From Ignavibacterium sp. (lineage in GTDB: Bacteria; Bacteroidota; Ignavibacteria; Ignavibacteriales; Ignavibacteriaceae), in NCBI GenBank assembly GCA_018335755.1, contig JAGXRK010000061.1, positions 6,646 through 70,645 of the forward strand: a stretch of 64,000 nt of DNA. The letters run 5' to 3'. Shown piece by piece: positions 36,585 to 46,453 of the stretch; position 1 is the stretch's first letter; every line of letters begins with the position of its first letter. The translations under genes were made by a program, and so were the position numbers. The notes beneath the pieces are model-generated. The model was not told the DNA's origin and did not search any database. It was given only the letters and a program-made list of their open reading frames with translations.

Positions 36585-39143
36585 TTAGGAAACTTTCACA
36601 ATCACCATTGTCATATCATCGTTTACTTCCGTAGTACCGCGGAAGTTTTTAACTGACAGCCACACCTCATTCATTATCTGTGTTGATCTGTAACCGGATT
36701 TTTTAATGAGAAGTTCTTTAAGATTTTCCTCACCGAAAAGTTCATCGTGTTCATTCATCGCTTCGGTTATGCCGTCTGAGAAGAAAGCATAAATTTCACC
36801 CTGAAGCAGGTTCATTTCTTCTTCAACCAGAGTCTGCTCAAAGATGATTCCCTTTTCAAGTCCGAGTCCGATACCTCTTGACTTAAGTGACTGAACTGTT
36901 CCGTTGGTTGCTTTGAATAATGGAAGATGTCCCGCCCTGCAGAATTTAATTGTTCGTTTTTCAGTATCGAATAAAGCGAGGGTTAATGTAACGAACCAGT
37001 TCCGCTCCATTGATTCATACATTTTCTTATTCACTTCAACCAGAATGTCCTTAGGTGAAAGACTGTTATTACTTGCGAGCTGTATCATAGTCTGCACCTT
37101 GGTCATATAAAATGATGCGGGCAGACCTTTACCGGAAACATCACCGACAGCAACAAACAATTTTGTATCCGATACCTGTATAAGATCAAAATAATCTCCA
37201 CCGACCTGCATTGCAGGAATCATCTCGCCGCAAATGTCAAGTCCTTGCATATCAGGTATACATCTGGGTAAAAGACTTTGTTGTATCTGTCTTGCTAATT
37301 CAAGGTCCCTTTCCAGTTTCAGCTTTTCAGATTCAGATTCATACAGCCGTGCATTCTCAATAGATATTGCAATTTGATTGGCAGCCGCACCGAGCAGTTC
37401 GAGGTCCTTTCCGGCAAACTGACTGCCGGAGTATTTTAAACCAAAAAGAAGAAGTCCGACTACCTTTGCCTTAACATACATTGGCACTGCAGTATAAAAA
37501 CCTTCGTCTATCATCTGTCTGAAATTGTCCGGGAATATGCGTTCAAAATCATTCTGCTGAATTACAGGTATATCATTTGTTAAGTTTTTATCTCTTATAA
37601 ACTGAGTCAGGCTGGAATTACTTATCAGGCATTCTGTTTTAGTTATACCGAAACTTTTTATAAGATTCAGATGACCGGTTTTGTTATCCCGGATAAGAAT
37701 ACCAAACTTCTTTAGCTGCAATGCTTCAACAAAAGTGGATTGAGTTATATCAAGCACGTTATCGAGTCCGACTACAGTAGGAATGTCATTGCTGAACTTC
37801 ATCAGAATTTTCTGATGGGCAAACTGTTCAGGATAAAATCTTTTAGTAAGAAAATCCTGGAAACGGTCCTTTGTTGATTGAAAGATCAAAGCAAATACAA
37901 TAAAGAAAATACCGGCAATAATTCCCTGCTGATCAGTTCCCAGTGCAGTGCTGATGCTTTGTCCTATCACATAAATCACAAAGAAATAAATTGCAGCTAT
38001 TCCAAGTGTGGCTGTTCCGTATATTATTGTGTTCTTTAATACTTCACCTACATCAAGAAGTTGATATTTGAAAATGGCATAAGCAAAACCTAATGGAACT
38101 AAAATCATAAGAACAACCGGCATATAATATTCCGGTGAATTATAAATTGTATCAGAAATTGCAGGGGCAATTGTATTCATATAAACGCCTATCAGTAAAC
38201 CAAACACCATAGATATTAAAAATATCAGTACGGGCTTTCTTTGCGGTGTTTTTCTTACAGACCAGTATTGAAGGAACATTGAAAGTATTGCAGCCATCAT
38301 TGCAGTTGTTATAACAATTTGCATTACATTTCTGTATTGCACAAAATAAGAAACAGAAATTATCTTTGCGTTAAGGGAAAGATGACCGATTATATTACCG
38401 GATACTGACATTAATAGCGGGATAAGAATCATCACCAGCTTAACCCAGGTTTTTTCTATGAAGCTGAATGGCTTTGGGAATGTCCAGACAAAAGCCAGAA
38501 GTACTATAGGTAAAAAGCTGTTGCCTATGATAGTAAGACTGCCTATTACTACACCAAGTACCGGCAATTGTTCAAATAGCTGCTGCATCCCTCCGAACCG
38601 GGGAATTAAAGCCTGCATTGCAGTGAATACTGCCAGTACACCTAATGCATAAAAAAGTCGTTGTGAAAGTCCATCCGGTTTAGCTGATAATACTATAAAT
38701 CCGATTAAAAGATAAATTAAGGCACTTATTGATGCGGCAAGTGTGCCAAACTCAACAAGCTTTTTGATGTATACTTTAGTTTCAAAAATTTCACCATCGG
38801 GCTTCTTAACTTTGTAATGAACCAGTTCACCATAGCCAAATGAATTGAGAATATTTTGAGCTTGAAACGGATTTAGTATTTCTCTGTTATCTATTTCCAG
38901 AAGCTGATAGCCGTCCCTTATACCGGCATTCCAGGTTACACCGTTCTCTTTAACATTGGAAAAGTAAAGATCTACATTCTGTTCCATTGAGGTCATAGCT
39001 TTTTTAGGCAGCCACAGACACTCATCGTTTGAGGCAACATTAACTTCAAGCGTATAATAGATGTTCAAAATCGCAACGGCAATCAGGATGATCGTAAAAG
39101 CAATTACGATGTTAGAACGATATTTTAAGAATAGTGATGTCAA
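36585..39143 (-). CDS. Membrane-bound GAF-domain PP2C (SpoIIE/RsbU-type) serine phosphatase
   Basis: About 10 TM segments, then a GAF-like region, then GGDYFD, VGDVSGKG, FSDGITEA and DDMTMVIVKV. TTG start at 39143. Confidence 0.8.
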   Translation of the reverse strand: MTSLFLKYRSNIVIAFTIILIAVAILNIYYTLEVNVASNDECLWLPKKAMTSMEQNVDLYFSNVKENGVTWNAGIRDGYQLLEIDNREILNPFQAQNILNSFGYGELVHYKVKKPDGEIFETKVYIKKLVEFGTLAASISALIYLLIGFIVLSAKPDGLSQRLFYALGVLAVFTAMQALIPRFGGMQQLFEQLPVLGVVIGSLTIIGNSFLPIVLLAFVWTFPKPFSFIEKTWVKLVMILIPLLMSVSGNIIGHLSLNAKIISVSYFVQYRNVMQIVITTAMMAAILSMFLQYWSVRKTPQRKPVLIFLISMVFGLLIGVYMNTIAPAISDTIYNSPEYYMPVVLMILVPLGFAYAIFKYQLLDVGEVLKNTIIYGTATLGIAAIYFFVIYVIGQSISTALGTDQQGIIAGIFFIVFALIFQSTKDRFQDFLTKRFYPEQFAHQKILMKFSNDIPTVVGLDNVLDITQSTFVEALQLKKFGILIRDNKTGHLNLIKSFGITKTECLISNSSLTQFIRDKNLTNDIPVIQQNDFERIFPDNFRQMIDEGFYTAVPMYVKAKVVGLLLFGLKYSGSQFAGKDLELLGAAANQIAISIENARLYESESEKLKLERDLELARQIQQSLLPRCIPDMQGLDICGEMIPAMQVGGDYFDLIQVSDTKLFVAVGDVSGKGLPASFYMTKVQTMIQLASNNSLSPKDILVEVNKKMYESMERNWFVTLTLALFDTEKRTIKFCRAGHLPLFKATNGTVQSLKSRGIGLGLEKGIIFEQTLVEEEMNLLQGEIYAFFSDGITEAMNEHDELFGEENLKELLIKKSGYRSTQIMNEVWLSVKNFRGTTEVNDDMTMVIVKVS
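36592..36616. repeat. attR core: 25-bp perfect direct repeat inside the last codons of the PP2C gene
   Basis: Identical to 19021-19045. On the minus strand it encodes MTMVIVKV. Confidence 0.85.
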
Positions 39144-39304
39144 TTTTAAAAGATAATTTTATATATATGCTGATTAATAATTTCCCTTATTTCCAATACA
39201 AATCACAAATAATATTTAAATCCCGACAATTAATATTCAAAGCTTCTACCGTTGTTATTTATTTTAATATTGGTTCTTGTTTGTTATTTGATGATTGTAA
39301 ATTT

Positions 39305-40984
39305 TTATTTTACCTTTACTACGATCATTGTCAGGTCATCCGACTGAACAGCCCCGGAAACAAAATCAACAACTTCATTTCTTATTTTATTAAGAATTTC
39401 CTTTGAACAAGAACCAGTTGATTCAATTACAATTTTTTCTAATCGTTCATCAGAGAACTCTTCACCTGTAATGTTCATTGCTTCGGAAATACCATCGGTG
39501 AAGAAAACAATTACATCATCTTTTTGCAGCTGCAGTTCCTCAGATTCATAAGGGATCACTGTTTTCATAACACCTAAAATTATTCCCCCGGTAGTCAGTT
39601 TTTTTATTTTGCCTTCCCTTACTAAAATCGGTGGGTTATGACCTGCATTAACATATCTTAAAGTTTTATTCTGCTGATTTAGAACACCCCAGCAGAATGT
39701 AATGAATCTGCCATCTGAAGTGTTTTGAGAAATCAAATCATTTATCAGTTCTGTTGATTCCTCAAGATCCATCTGTTGAATACAAATAACCCTTAAAAAC
39801 GCCTGAATGTTGGCCATAAGAAGTGAAGCAGGAATTCCTTTACCGCTAACGTCGGCTATAGCAAGACAATAACTATCTTCATCCAGTTTGATAATGTCAT
39901 AATAATCCCCGCCAACCTGTCTTGAGGAAATATTAAGAGCAGCAATGTCAAAACTTTCAAGAACAGGAATAGACCGAGGCAAAAGATTTTTCTGAATGTC
40001 ACGCGCAAAATCAAGTTCTTCTTCAAGTTTATATTTTTCCAATGCTTCCTGGAATAACCTTTTATTCTCAAGTGATATAATTGCCAGACTACCAACAGAA
40101 TACACAAACTCAATATCTGCTTCTGTATAATTCTGCTGATTCATTCTTTTACCAAGAAGTATCAGACCTTTTGTTTTACCCTGAAGCTGCATAGGTACAA
40201 TTAGGTTAACATCAAGTTCAAATAATTCCGGAAAATCTTTTTTTATCAGCTCTTCAGTAATAGATGAATCAATATTCTTATAATCCGTTTTTTTTATTTT
40301 TTCGAGAAGATGATGATTATGAAATTTAGACTCAAGAACCTGGATATTATCATCTTCAAATTTTATCAGCGCATATTTTGAAACTAAAAACTGACCCATT
40401 AAAGAAAATACCAGCAGCCGTGTAACTTTTGAGGATTCATTGAATAACCCGAATTCCTTGCTTAGCTCAAATAAGGAATTTAATCTTTGTACCCGCGAAT
40501 CAAGTACCCTGTTAACTACTTTCAGTTCGTTTATTACAATGGAGTTTTGAATTGCAGATGCAGAAATATTTAACAGTGTTCTCAAAAATTCCTGGTCATC
40601 CTCTGAATATTCAGAACCGTTTAATTTTTCACCGAGTGATACAATACCCACACATTCATTTGAAGAACTTATTTTTTCAACAACTTTAAGATTACTGTGT
40701 TCTAAAAAACTTTTTAATGACTCTTTGAAGTCACAATTTTCATCAATAACAATTTCAGGAAAACCTTTAAGTGATTCCTCAGGTATTCCTTTAGAGGATT
40801 TTAATACCAGTTTTCCGTTTTCATTAAGTGCAATGAAACCTTTGGTTGCCAGAAATTTTCCAAGACAGGTTAAAAGCACGTTGTTAAGAATGAAATTCAG
40901 ATCAAGGCTGGAGTTAATTACTCTACTGAATTCTACAAGTGCGGAAAGGTTTCGCTTAAATTTTATGTATTCATTATCCGGCAT
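39305..40984 (-). CDS. Cytoplasmic tandem-GAF PP2C (SpoIIE/RsbU-type) serine phosphatase
   Basis: GGDYYD, IADVSGKG, FTDGISEA, SDDLTMIVVKV. The ATG at 40984 (MPDNEY) overlaps the RsbW-like stop by 11 nt. Confidence 0.8.
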   Translation of the reverse strand: MPDNEYIKFKRNLSALVEFSRVINSSLDLNFILNNVLLTCLGKFLATKGFIALNENGKLVLKSSKGIPEESLKGFPEIVIDENCDFKESLKSFLEHSNLKVVEKISSSNECVGIVSLGEKLNGSEYSEDDQEFLRTLLNISASAIQNSIVINELKVVNRVLDSRVQRLNSLFELSKEFGLFNESSKVTRLLVFSLMGQFLVSKYALIKFEDDNIQVLESKFHNHHLLEKIKKTDYKNIDSSITEELIKKDFPELFELDVNLIVPMQLQGKTKGLILLGKRMNQQNYTEADIEFVYSVGSLAIISLENKRLFQEALEKYKLEEELDFARDIQKNLLPRSIPVLESFDIAALNISSRQVGGDYYDIIKLDEDSYCLAIADVSGKGIPASLLMANIQAFLRVICIQQMDLEESTELINDLISQNTSDGRFITFCWGVLNQQNKTLRYVNAGHNPPILVREGKIKKLTTGGIILGVMKTVIPYESEELQLQKDDVIVFFTDGISEAMNITGEEFSDERLEKIVIESTGSCSKEILNKIRNEVVDFVSGAVQSDDLTMIVVKVK

Positions 40985-41423
40985 TGCTTTGAGACCCGGA
41001 AATATTTTTGGTAAGCAGAACCCTGTTATATTTGCCCGGAACGGAGATGTACTCAACTTCATCCATAAGAGACTTCATAAGGTACATTCCCAGCCCGCCA
41101 ACCCTATGCTGCCTGTAATATTTCTGAAGATCGGGTTCAGGAACACGGTCGGGTTCAAAGGTTAACCCCTCGTCCTGAATTGTAACTATAAACTTATCAT
41201 CAGTATACTCAACTTTAATTTTTATTTCCCCGTCAGGATCCGATTTATAAGCATGCTTGATAATATTTGAACAAGCTTCATCAGCAGCAAGCATTATGTT
41301 TTCAACATCAGCTTGAAGAATTCCGGCTGAACGGGCAGAAGACGCAATAAAATCTCTAACAGCAGAAAGATTTTCTGTTCTGCTTTTGATGATAAGATTT
41401 TTGTTCTTCAATTTATTTTTCAC
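40974..41423 (-). CDS. RsbW/SpoIIAB-like anti-sigma factor serine kinase (HATPase_c)
   Basis: DEACSNIIKHAY and GGLGMYLMKSLMDEVEY. 149 aa. Confidence 0.8.
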   Translation of the reverse strand: MKNKLKNKNLIIKSRTENLSAVRDFIASSARSAGILQADVENIMLAADEACSNIIKHAYKSDPDGEIKIKVEYTDDKFIVTIQDEGLTFEPDRVPEPDLQKYYRQHRVGGLGMYLMKSLMDEVEYISVPGKYNRVLLTKNISGSQSNAG

Positions 41424-41778
41424 TGCTGTTTATCTCTTTAAATTTATTTACTGCTTCTTCTTCAGATTTAAATATTTCATAAAGAAGCGGAAAACCTAGT
41501 AGATCAAAAATGTTAAATACTTTATCGGACATACCGGAAAGTTTAATATCTCCATTATTGTCCCGGATCTTTTCAATGTAAGCCATAAACACACCTAATC
41601 CTGCGCTGCTGATATAAGCAAGATCCTTGAAATCAACTACAATCCTGTACCTGTTTGAATCAATAAGTTTTGTAAATTCGCTTTCAAGAGAAGATGCAGT
41701 ATGAGCATCAAGAAACCCGGCAAGGTTTATGATGCTTACGTTACCATTTTCTTTGATCGCTGTTTTGAACTCTGCCAT
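41413..41778 (-). CDS. STAS-domain anti-sigma factor antagonist (RsbV/SpoIIAA-like)
   Basis: DFKDLAYISSAGLGVF includes the phosphorylatable Ser context. 121 aa. Confidence 0.8.
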   Translation of the reverse strand: MAEFKTAIKENGNVSIINLAGFLDAHTASSLESEFTKLIDSNRYRIVVDFKDLAYISSAGLGVFMAYIEKIRDNNGDIKLSGMSDKVFNIFDLLGFPLLYEIFKSEEEAVNKFKEINSSEK

Positions 41779-41791
41779 TCTTTAACTCCAT

Positions 41792-43852
41792 TTAAATTAT
41801 TTTTTGTTTCCACTTTAAAATTACCAAAGTTATATCATCATATTGCGAATGACTGCTTGAAAAAACAGTTACATCATTAATTATTTTTTTAACAATAAAA
41901 TCTGCTGTTTTGTCTGCATTTTCAATTGCAATTTCAGAAAGGCGTTTATCACCATAATCATTGAGTTCAGTATTTTTTGACTCAGTTATTCCGTCAGTAT
42001 AAAGAATAATTGTATCTTTATCTAACAGATCTATTTCCTGCTCCTCAAGAGTGCGTGCGAAAAATTCATTACCGCTTAAACCTAATCCGATACCCGCCGG
42101 TTTAAATTCAATAGCTTTTGAGTTACGGACAAGTAAAACAGGACAGTGCCCTGCCCTGGCAAGAAATAGTTTTTCCTTTTTAAGATCAATGCTTCCATAC
42201 AACGCACTTACAAAACTGTTCCTGCTTAAAGTCTCCCGCAGAACCTGGTTTGCTTTAATCAGTATTTCTTTGGGACTATCGATGATACGGGATAAAGTCT
42301 GGAAAATTCCTTTCACTTCTGCCATTATGAATGCAGCTGAAATTCCTTTTCCTGAAACATCTGCAATCACAAAACTGAATTTATCTTCACCTGTTTCGAA
42401 GAAATCATAATAATCGCCCCCAACTTCGAAAGCCGGTATAAAGACAGAGGAAACAGAAAGTTTATCAAGCACCGGAACTTCAGAAGGAAGTATCTTCTTT
42501 TGAATTTCACGTGCTACATCAAGTTCTTTTTCTAATCTTTCTTTTTCAATTGATTCATTTAGTAATCTTGAATTTTCAATAGCTACTGAAGCATAATCCG
42601 AAAAAGTTTTAATGGCGTTTTTGTCCTCTTCATAAAAGATAAGTTCGTTTTTACGTGAAGCTATCAGGAATCCTTTTACATTGTTATGCGTTCTTAAAGG
42701 TGAAACAAGTATGCCGCCATATTTTTCAGAAAGTCCTGATCTTACAACAAAATCATCGATACTATAGATTACTGTATCCGTGATATTATTAATCTTCTTT
42801 GAAGAAAACAGGTATTGGTTTATAAGGTCAACATCAACATATGCCGCATTTTTTATTGCAATAGTTTTATTGTTCCCATTTTCAATCATTAAAATCCAGG
42901 CAGCATCTGCACTGCTAACTTTAATTGTAATATCGGTTACAGTTTCTGCAAGGTCATCAAAGTCCAGAACTTCTGTTATCAGCTTACTGAAATATTGAAG
43001 TGAAGACACTTCCTGAGCTTTGCGGTCATAAACATCCGCTGTAGGAATATGGAACATTGTTGTGAAAAATAAAAAACTAAAATAAGCAGCACCGTAGATA
43101 AGCATCAAAATGGAAAATTGATTTAATGCAGGCGAGAATTCTACAAGCAGTTTCCCGTGTACTCCATCAGCATAACTGTTTACAAGGTTTACAATGAATA
43201 AAGCCGAGATGATAACTGAAAGCGCCAGCAACGAAAGTTTTTCTTTTTTATTTATAAAAGCTATCCACGAAATTCTAATTGAATTCACCACAATAAGAAT
43301 TATTGATACCACAAAAAAAGTAGTTCTGATATAAGCAAATTCAGTTCCGCTAAAAACAGATTCGGACAAGCATGAAAGCAAAATGAAAACCAGCATTGTC
43401 TGAAAATAAATTCTCATATTCTTCGTCTGCTTATAAAAAAATAATTCCCTGAAACTCATAAGAACATAAGTTAAGAAGACAAAGAATATCAGAACATAAA
43501 TCAAACTGACCAATGTGGAAATAATACCGGGATCAAGGTTTTGTTTATCAACTCTTTCAAATACTCCGCTCATAAGTGCATCAGAAAAAGTTATTACAAA
43601 GAATGCGAAAGCATTTAATATGCCGATATTTACAATAAGCGATAACGGTGCGGGATTTTTCTCTTTTATCTTACCCATTATGAAAAGTGATAATATCCAT
43701 ATTGAGGCGATAACTAATGTATCGTTAATAAGCACCAAAGTGTAAGAATCTGAAGCAAAGAAGGATAGTTTATATACTGCAAGCAGAATTATCAGTGAAA
43801 GGAATAACTGGAGTTTCGAATTTTTTATCATTGTTATTAAACTGAAATTCAA
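41792..43852 (-). CDS. Membrane-bound GAF-domain PP2C (SpoIIE-type) serine phosphatase
   Basis: N-terminal TM bundle, then GGDYYDFF, IADVSGKG, YTDGITES and YDDITLVILK. Start is TTG at 43852 or ATG at 43831. Confidence 0.8.
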   Translation of the reverse strand: MNFSLITMIKNSKLQLFLSLIILLAVYKLSFFASDSYTLVLINDTLVIASIWILSLFIMGKIKEKNPAPLSLIVNIGILNAFAFFVITFSDALMSGVFERVDKQNLDPGIISTLVSLIYVLIFFVFLTYVLMSFRELFFYKQTKNMRIYFQTMLVFILLSCLSESVFSGTEFAYIRTTFFVVSIILIVVNSIRISWIAFINKKEKLSLLALSVIISALFIVNLVNSYADGVHGKLLVEFSPALNQFSILMLIYGAAYFSFLFFTTMFHIPTADVYDRKAQEVSSLQYFSKLITEVLDFDDLAETVTDITIKVSSADAAWILMIENGNNKTIAIKNAAYVDVDLINQYLFSSKKINNITDTVIYSIDDFVVRSGLSEKYGGILVSPLRTHNNVKGFLIASRKNELIFYEEDKNAIKTFSDYASVAIENSRLLNESIEKERLEKELDVAREIQKKILPSEVPVLDKLSVSSVFIPAFEVGGDYYDFFETGEDKFSFVIADVSGKGISAAFIMAEVKGIFQTLSRIIDSPKEILIKANQVLRETLSRNSFVSALYGSIDLKKEKLFLARAGHCPVLLVRNSKAIEFKPAGIGLGLSGNEFFARTLEEQEIDLLDKDTIILYTDGITESKNTELNDYGDKRLSEIAIENADKTADFIVKKIINDVTVFSSSHSQYDDITLVILKWKQKII

Positions 43853-44048
43853 ATAGTTTCTTTTTTGATGTACTTGAAATCTTTATAATCAACCACACAC
43901 TAAAATTAAAGGAAATTAACATTACTTTAAAGAAAAGAAGTATAAACGGGGTAATTACTGAGTAGTGGTAGTTTTCAGTGATTAATGGTTAGCCTGAAGA
44001 GAGGAATGAATTAACGCTTAAAGATACTGCCTGCCCCCTATGGCAGAT

Positions 44049-44107
44049 GCTGGATTCTGGATGCTAGATACTTGTCCGCCTGTGGCTGACTGAATACTGG
44101 ATGCTAG
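44049..44107. repeat. Intergenic ctggat-type short repeats
   Basis: ctggatgctag at 44057-44067 and 44097-44107. gctggattctggat at 44049-44062 recurs inverted at 63184-63197. Confidence 0.55.
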
Positions 44108-44172
44108 TAGCACAGTATAGTTTTAAAGATGAATAAAAAATGTCTAGTCTGTAATCATAGATCTTGCAGTAT

Positions 44173-45705
44173 TTAAATATCAATACCTTTCAGTTCTGGT
44201 TTACCAGTATCCTGTTTTGCAGGTGGATCGTGCTGGAAATTTCTCATTTCTTCGCGAAACCTCCGCATTTCCTCTTTCAGTTCATTCATTTGTTTACGGA
44301 GTTCTTCATTATGATTGAAAAACAGACTGTCGTCAAAGAGATTAAAAGAATCGAAATTGAATTTCCTTAAGGAGTCCGGATTATTGAAAAACTGCTTTAT
44401 TAACGAATCAATTTTATTTCCATCGAAATTAAAACTCTCATAGCCGGTTGAATCTTTTCTATGAACCTCAACTTTAAAATTACGTTTAACAACAGGTTTA
44501 TCAGAATGCTTGCTGACATAAATCTCAACATTCTTCAATGCATCTTTAATAATTGCGTTCAAACTATCCATATCCGGAAACTGCATATCGATGTCAGGCA
44601 TTACAATTTTAGGAATGTTTACTCTGAACCTGTCAGCATCAATATGAATGGAAAAATTTTCACTCATTACAGAATCTTTTTCCAGCTTCCTGAAAGTTGT
44701 GTCAAATCTCATCTGGAAACTCATCTTGGTGAGGTTCTTGTTCATCTCAACAAGGTCTTTTTCCATTTCCAGAATGTCTTTTTTGAATTCCTTTTCATCA
44801 AATTCAAAAACTTCTGTAAAGATTGTATCGGGAGTAAAGAAGATGTACCTGCTTTCGCGACTTGGTTTGTTATCTCTTACATGTCTTGCAAGCTGAAGAA
44901 ATTCGTTACCTTTTACCGGAGAAGGTACTATATTATTATAAATATTTGCGTTCTTACTCCTGGCAAATGCAAGTATATCGGCTGCTATTGCTTTTTGATA
45001 ATTCCACAAGTCAGGATTTATAGCAACCGTATTATTATCATTCACTAATACTTGTGCGAGAAGCTCATCAGAATATGATGAGATGATTGAATCCATTTCT
45101 TCACGCTGTTTCTCATTAAGTTCTAATGCATGTACAAATTTTTCTAAATTATTCTCCTGGACTGTTATTGGTGATTTTTTGATTTCAAAATATTCTTTTC
45201 CAACCGGGTCATAACCAAGTCTTAAAAAATGGTGATCGGTTTTATCTAACGGCAGTTCGGATTTAAACGCAAAATTAAATATATCCTCATTAGTTAGATC
45301 GGCTGCAAATAACAAGGGTTGAAGATTTTCTTTATACAGCGCTGCCAGAGTAGATTTCTGCTCCTCAATAACATCCTTTATAAAATCCGGATAAAACTTA
45401 AGAGTTATCATCAAAGCGGCTGTTATAATAGTAATGCTGACAGCAGGGATCCATTTTTTCGCTTTTGTAAACCATGGTTTTGCTGAATTAAGTTCAGCAT
45501 TAAGTCGTACCTGAAAAAACGGAGCTTCGGGAACTCTGTCAAAACCGGTAGAAGTAAGTTCTTTAAGCCGTTTCATATCAGCCAGCTCTTTTTGAAGCTC
45601 TAGAGAAGAACTTATTTTCTTCTCAAGATATTCTTTCTCTTTTAGAGAAAGCTCTCCGTCTATATATGCGGAAAGTAATTCCAAATCCTTCCTTAGTGTT
45701 TTCAT
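44173..45705 (-). CDS. Membrane-anchored anti-sigma factor with a large extracytoplasmic domain
   Basis: N-terminal LSAYIDGELS anti-sigma motif and a single TM segment (WIPAVSITIITAALMITL). 4-nt overlap with the sigma gene. Confidence 0.65.
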   Translation of the reverse strand: MKTLRKDLELLSAYIDGELSLKEKEYLEKKISSSLELQKELADMKRLKELTSTGFDRVPEAPFFQVRLNAELNSAKPWFTKAKKWIPAVSITIITAALMITLKFYPDFIKDVIEEQKSTLAALYKENLQPLLFAADLTNEDIFNFAFKSELPLDKTDHHFLRLGYDPVGKEYFEIKKSPITVQENNLEKFVHALELNEKQREEMDSIISSYSDELLAQVLVNDNNTVAINPDLWNYQKAIAADILAFARSKNANIYNNIVPSPVKGNEFLQLARHVRDNKPSRESRYIFFTPDTIFTEVFEFDEKEFKKDILEMEKDLVEMNKNLTKMSFQMRFDTTFRKLEKDSVMSENFSIHIDADRFRVNIPKIVMPDIDMQFPDMDSLNAIIKDALKNVEIYVSKHSDKPVVKRNFKVEVHRKDSTGYESFNFDGNKIDSLIKQFFNNPDSLRKFNFDSFNLFDDSLFFNHNEELRKQMNELKEEMRRFREEMRNFQHDPPAKQDTGKPELKGIDI

Positions 45706-46295
45706 TTTAGTAGTTCCTTTTCATACGGCTGAAGTAATTTTTTCAGTCCTTCCCGAGCTCTGAATATTCTTGATTTTACAGTTCCTATTTCACATTGCAT
45801 TGTCTCGGCAATTTCCTGGTAGCTGAATCCCTCAATATCCTTAAGAACCAGCGGGACACGCATCTTATCAGGCAATTTGGAAATTGCATGCTGCACAATT
45901 TCCTTAGTATTTGTACTTTCGGGAGAAATTTCGTAGCCGGGATCTTCCTGTGTATCTTTGAACGGAAGTATTATTCTCCGGATGCTTTTCCGGCGGAGAT
46001 GATCTTTGCATTTGTTGACGGTTATACGATAAAGCCAGGTTGTAAACTGAGATTCGAAACGGAAATTCTTTAAACTACGGTAAACAGTAATAAATACATC
46101 CTGGGCAATATCGTCTATCGAATCCCGATCATTAAGGGTAAGGTAAATAATATTCCTTACTTTTTCCTTATGCCGTTTAACCAGTTCATCAAATATTTCC
46201 TCTTCGCCGTCGATAAACCTCTTAATTAACGAAAAATCATCATCTAATTTGAGGATCCTTGGGGCTTCCATTTTCTCCTTATTTTCTGAATTCAT
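45702..46295 (-). CDS. ECF-type RNA polymerase sigma-70 family factor
   Basis: Region 2 DIAQDVFITVYRSL...FTTWLYRITVN. Region 4 EGFSYQEIAETMQCEIGTVKSRIFRAR. The ATG at 46295 is preferred over the TTG at 46331. Confidence 0.8.
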   Translation of the reverse strand: MNSENKEKMEAPRILKLDDDFSLIKRFIDGEEEIFDELVKRHKEKVRNIIYLTLNDRDSIDDIAQDVFITVYRSLKNFRFESQFTTWLYRITVNKCKDHLRRKSIRRIILPFKDTQEDPGYEISPESTNTKEIVQHAISKLPDKMRVPLVLKDIEGFSYQEIAETMQCEIGTVKSRIFRAREGLKKLLQPYEKELLK

Positions 46296-46453
46296 AGTTT
46301 TAGACGCCTTTTTTTGATTCTGGTTCCACAAAACTAAGCAAGATGTAAAATAAAATCTTATCTTTAGGACAAGCGGAATTTATCTTTTAATAATCTTGCA
46401 TGAATAGAGGCATGTAAGTAAATTCACAATAAATTTTACGGAGATTATTTATA

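Larger units (their letters stand above)
19021..36616. mobile_element. 17.6-kb integrated genomic (defence) island inserted in the 3' end of the PP2C phosphatase gene
   Basis: Flanked by 25-bp perfect direct repeats. A tyrosine integrase (35386-36423) sits next to attR, with an excisionase-like HTH and a RecA-fold ATPase nearby. All cargo is on the minus strand. Confidence 0.8.

Noticed and set aside
39134-39406. 90-aa plus-strand ORF between two PP2C genes
   Set aside because: It spans an AT-rich intergenic spacer and the 3' end of the neighbouring minus-strand gene. The translation is Ile/Phe/Asn/Tyr-rich, as expected from AT-rich non-coding DNA.
40985-41062. N-terminal 26-codon extension of the cytoplasmic PP2C ORF
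   Set aside because: The extension would overlap the RsbW-like gene by 89 nt. The ATG at 40984 gives the typical short 11-nt overlap, so I prefer the shorter start.
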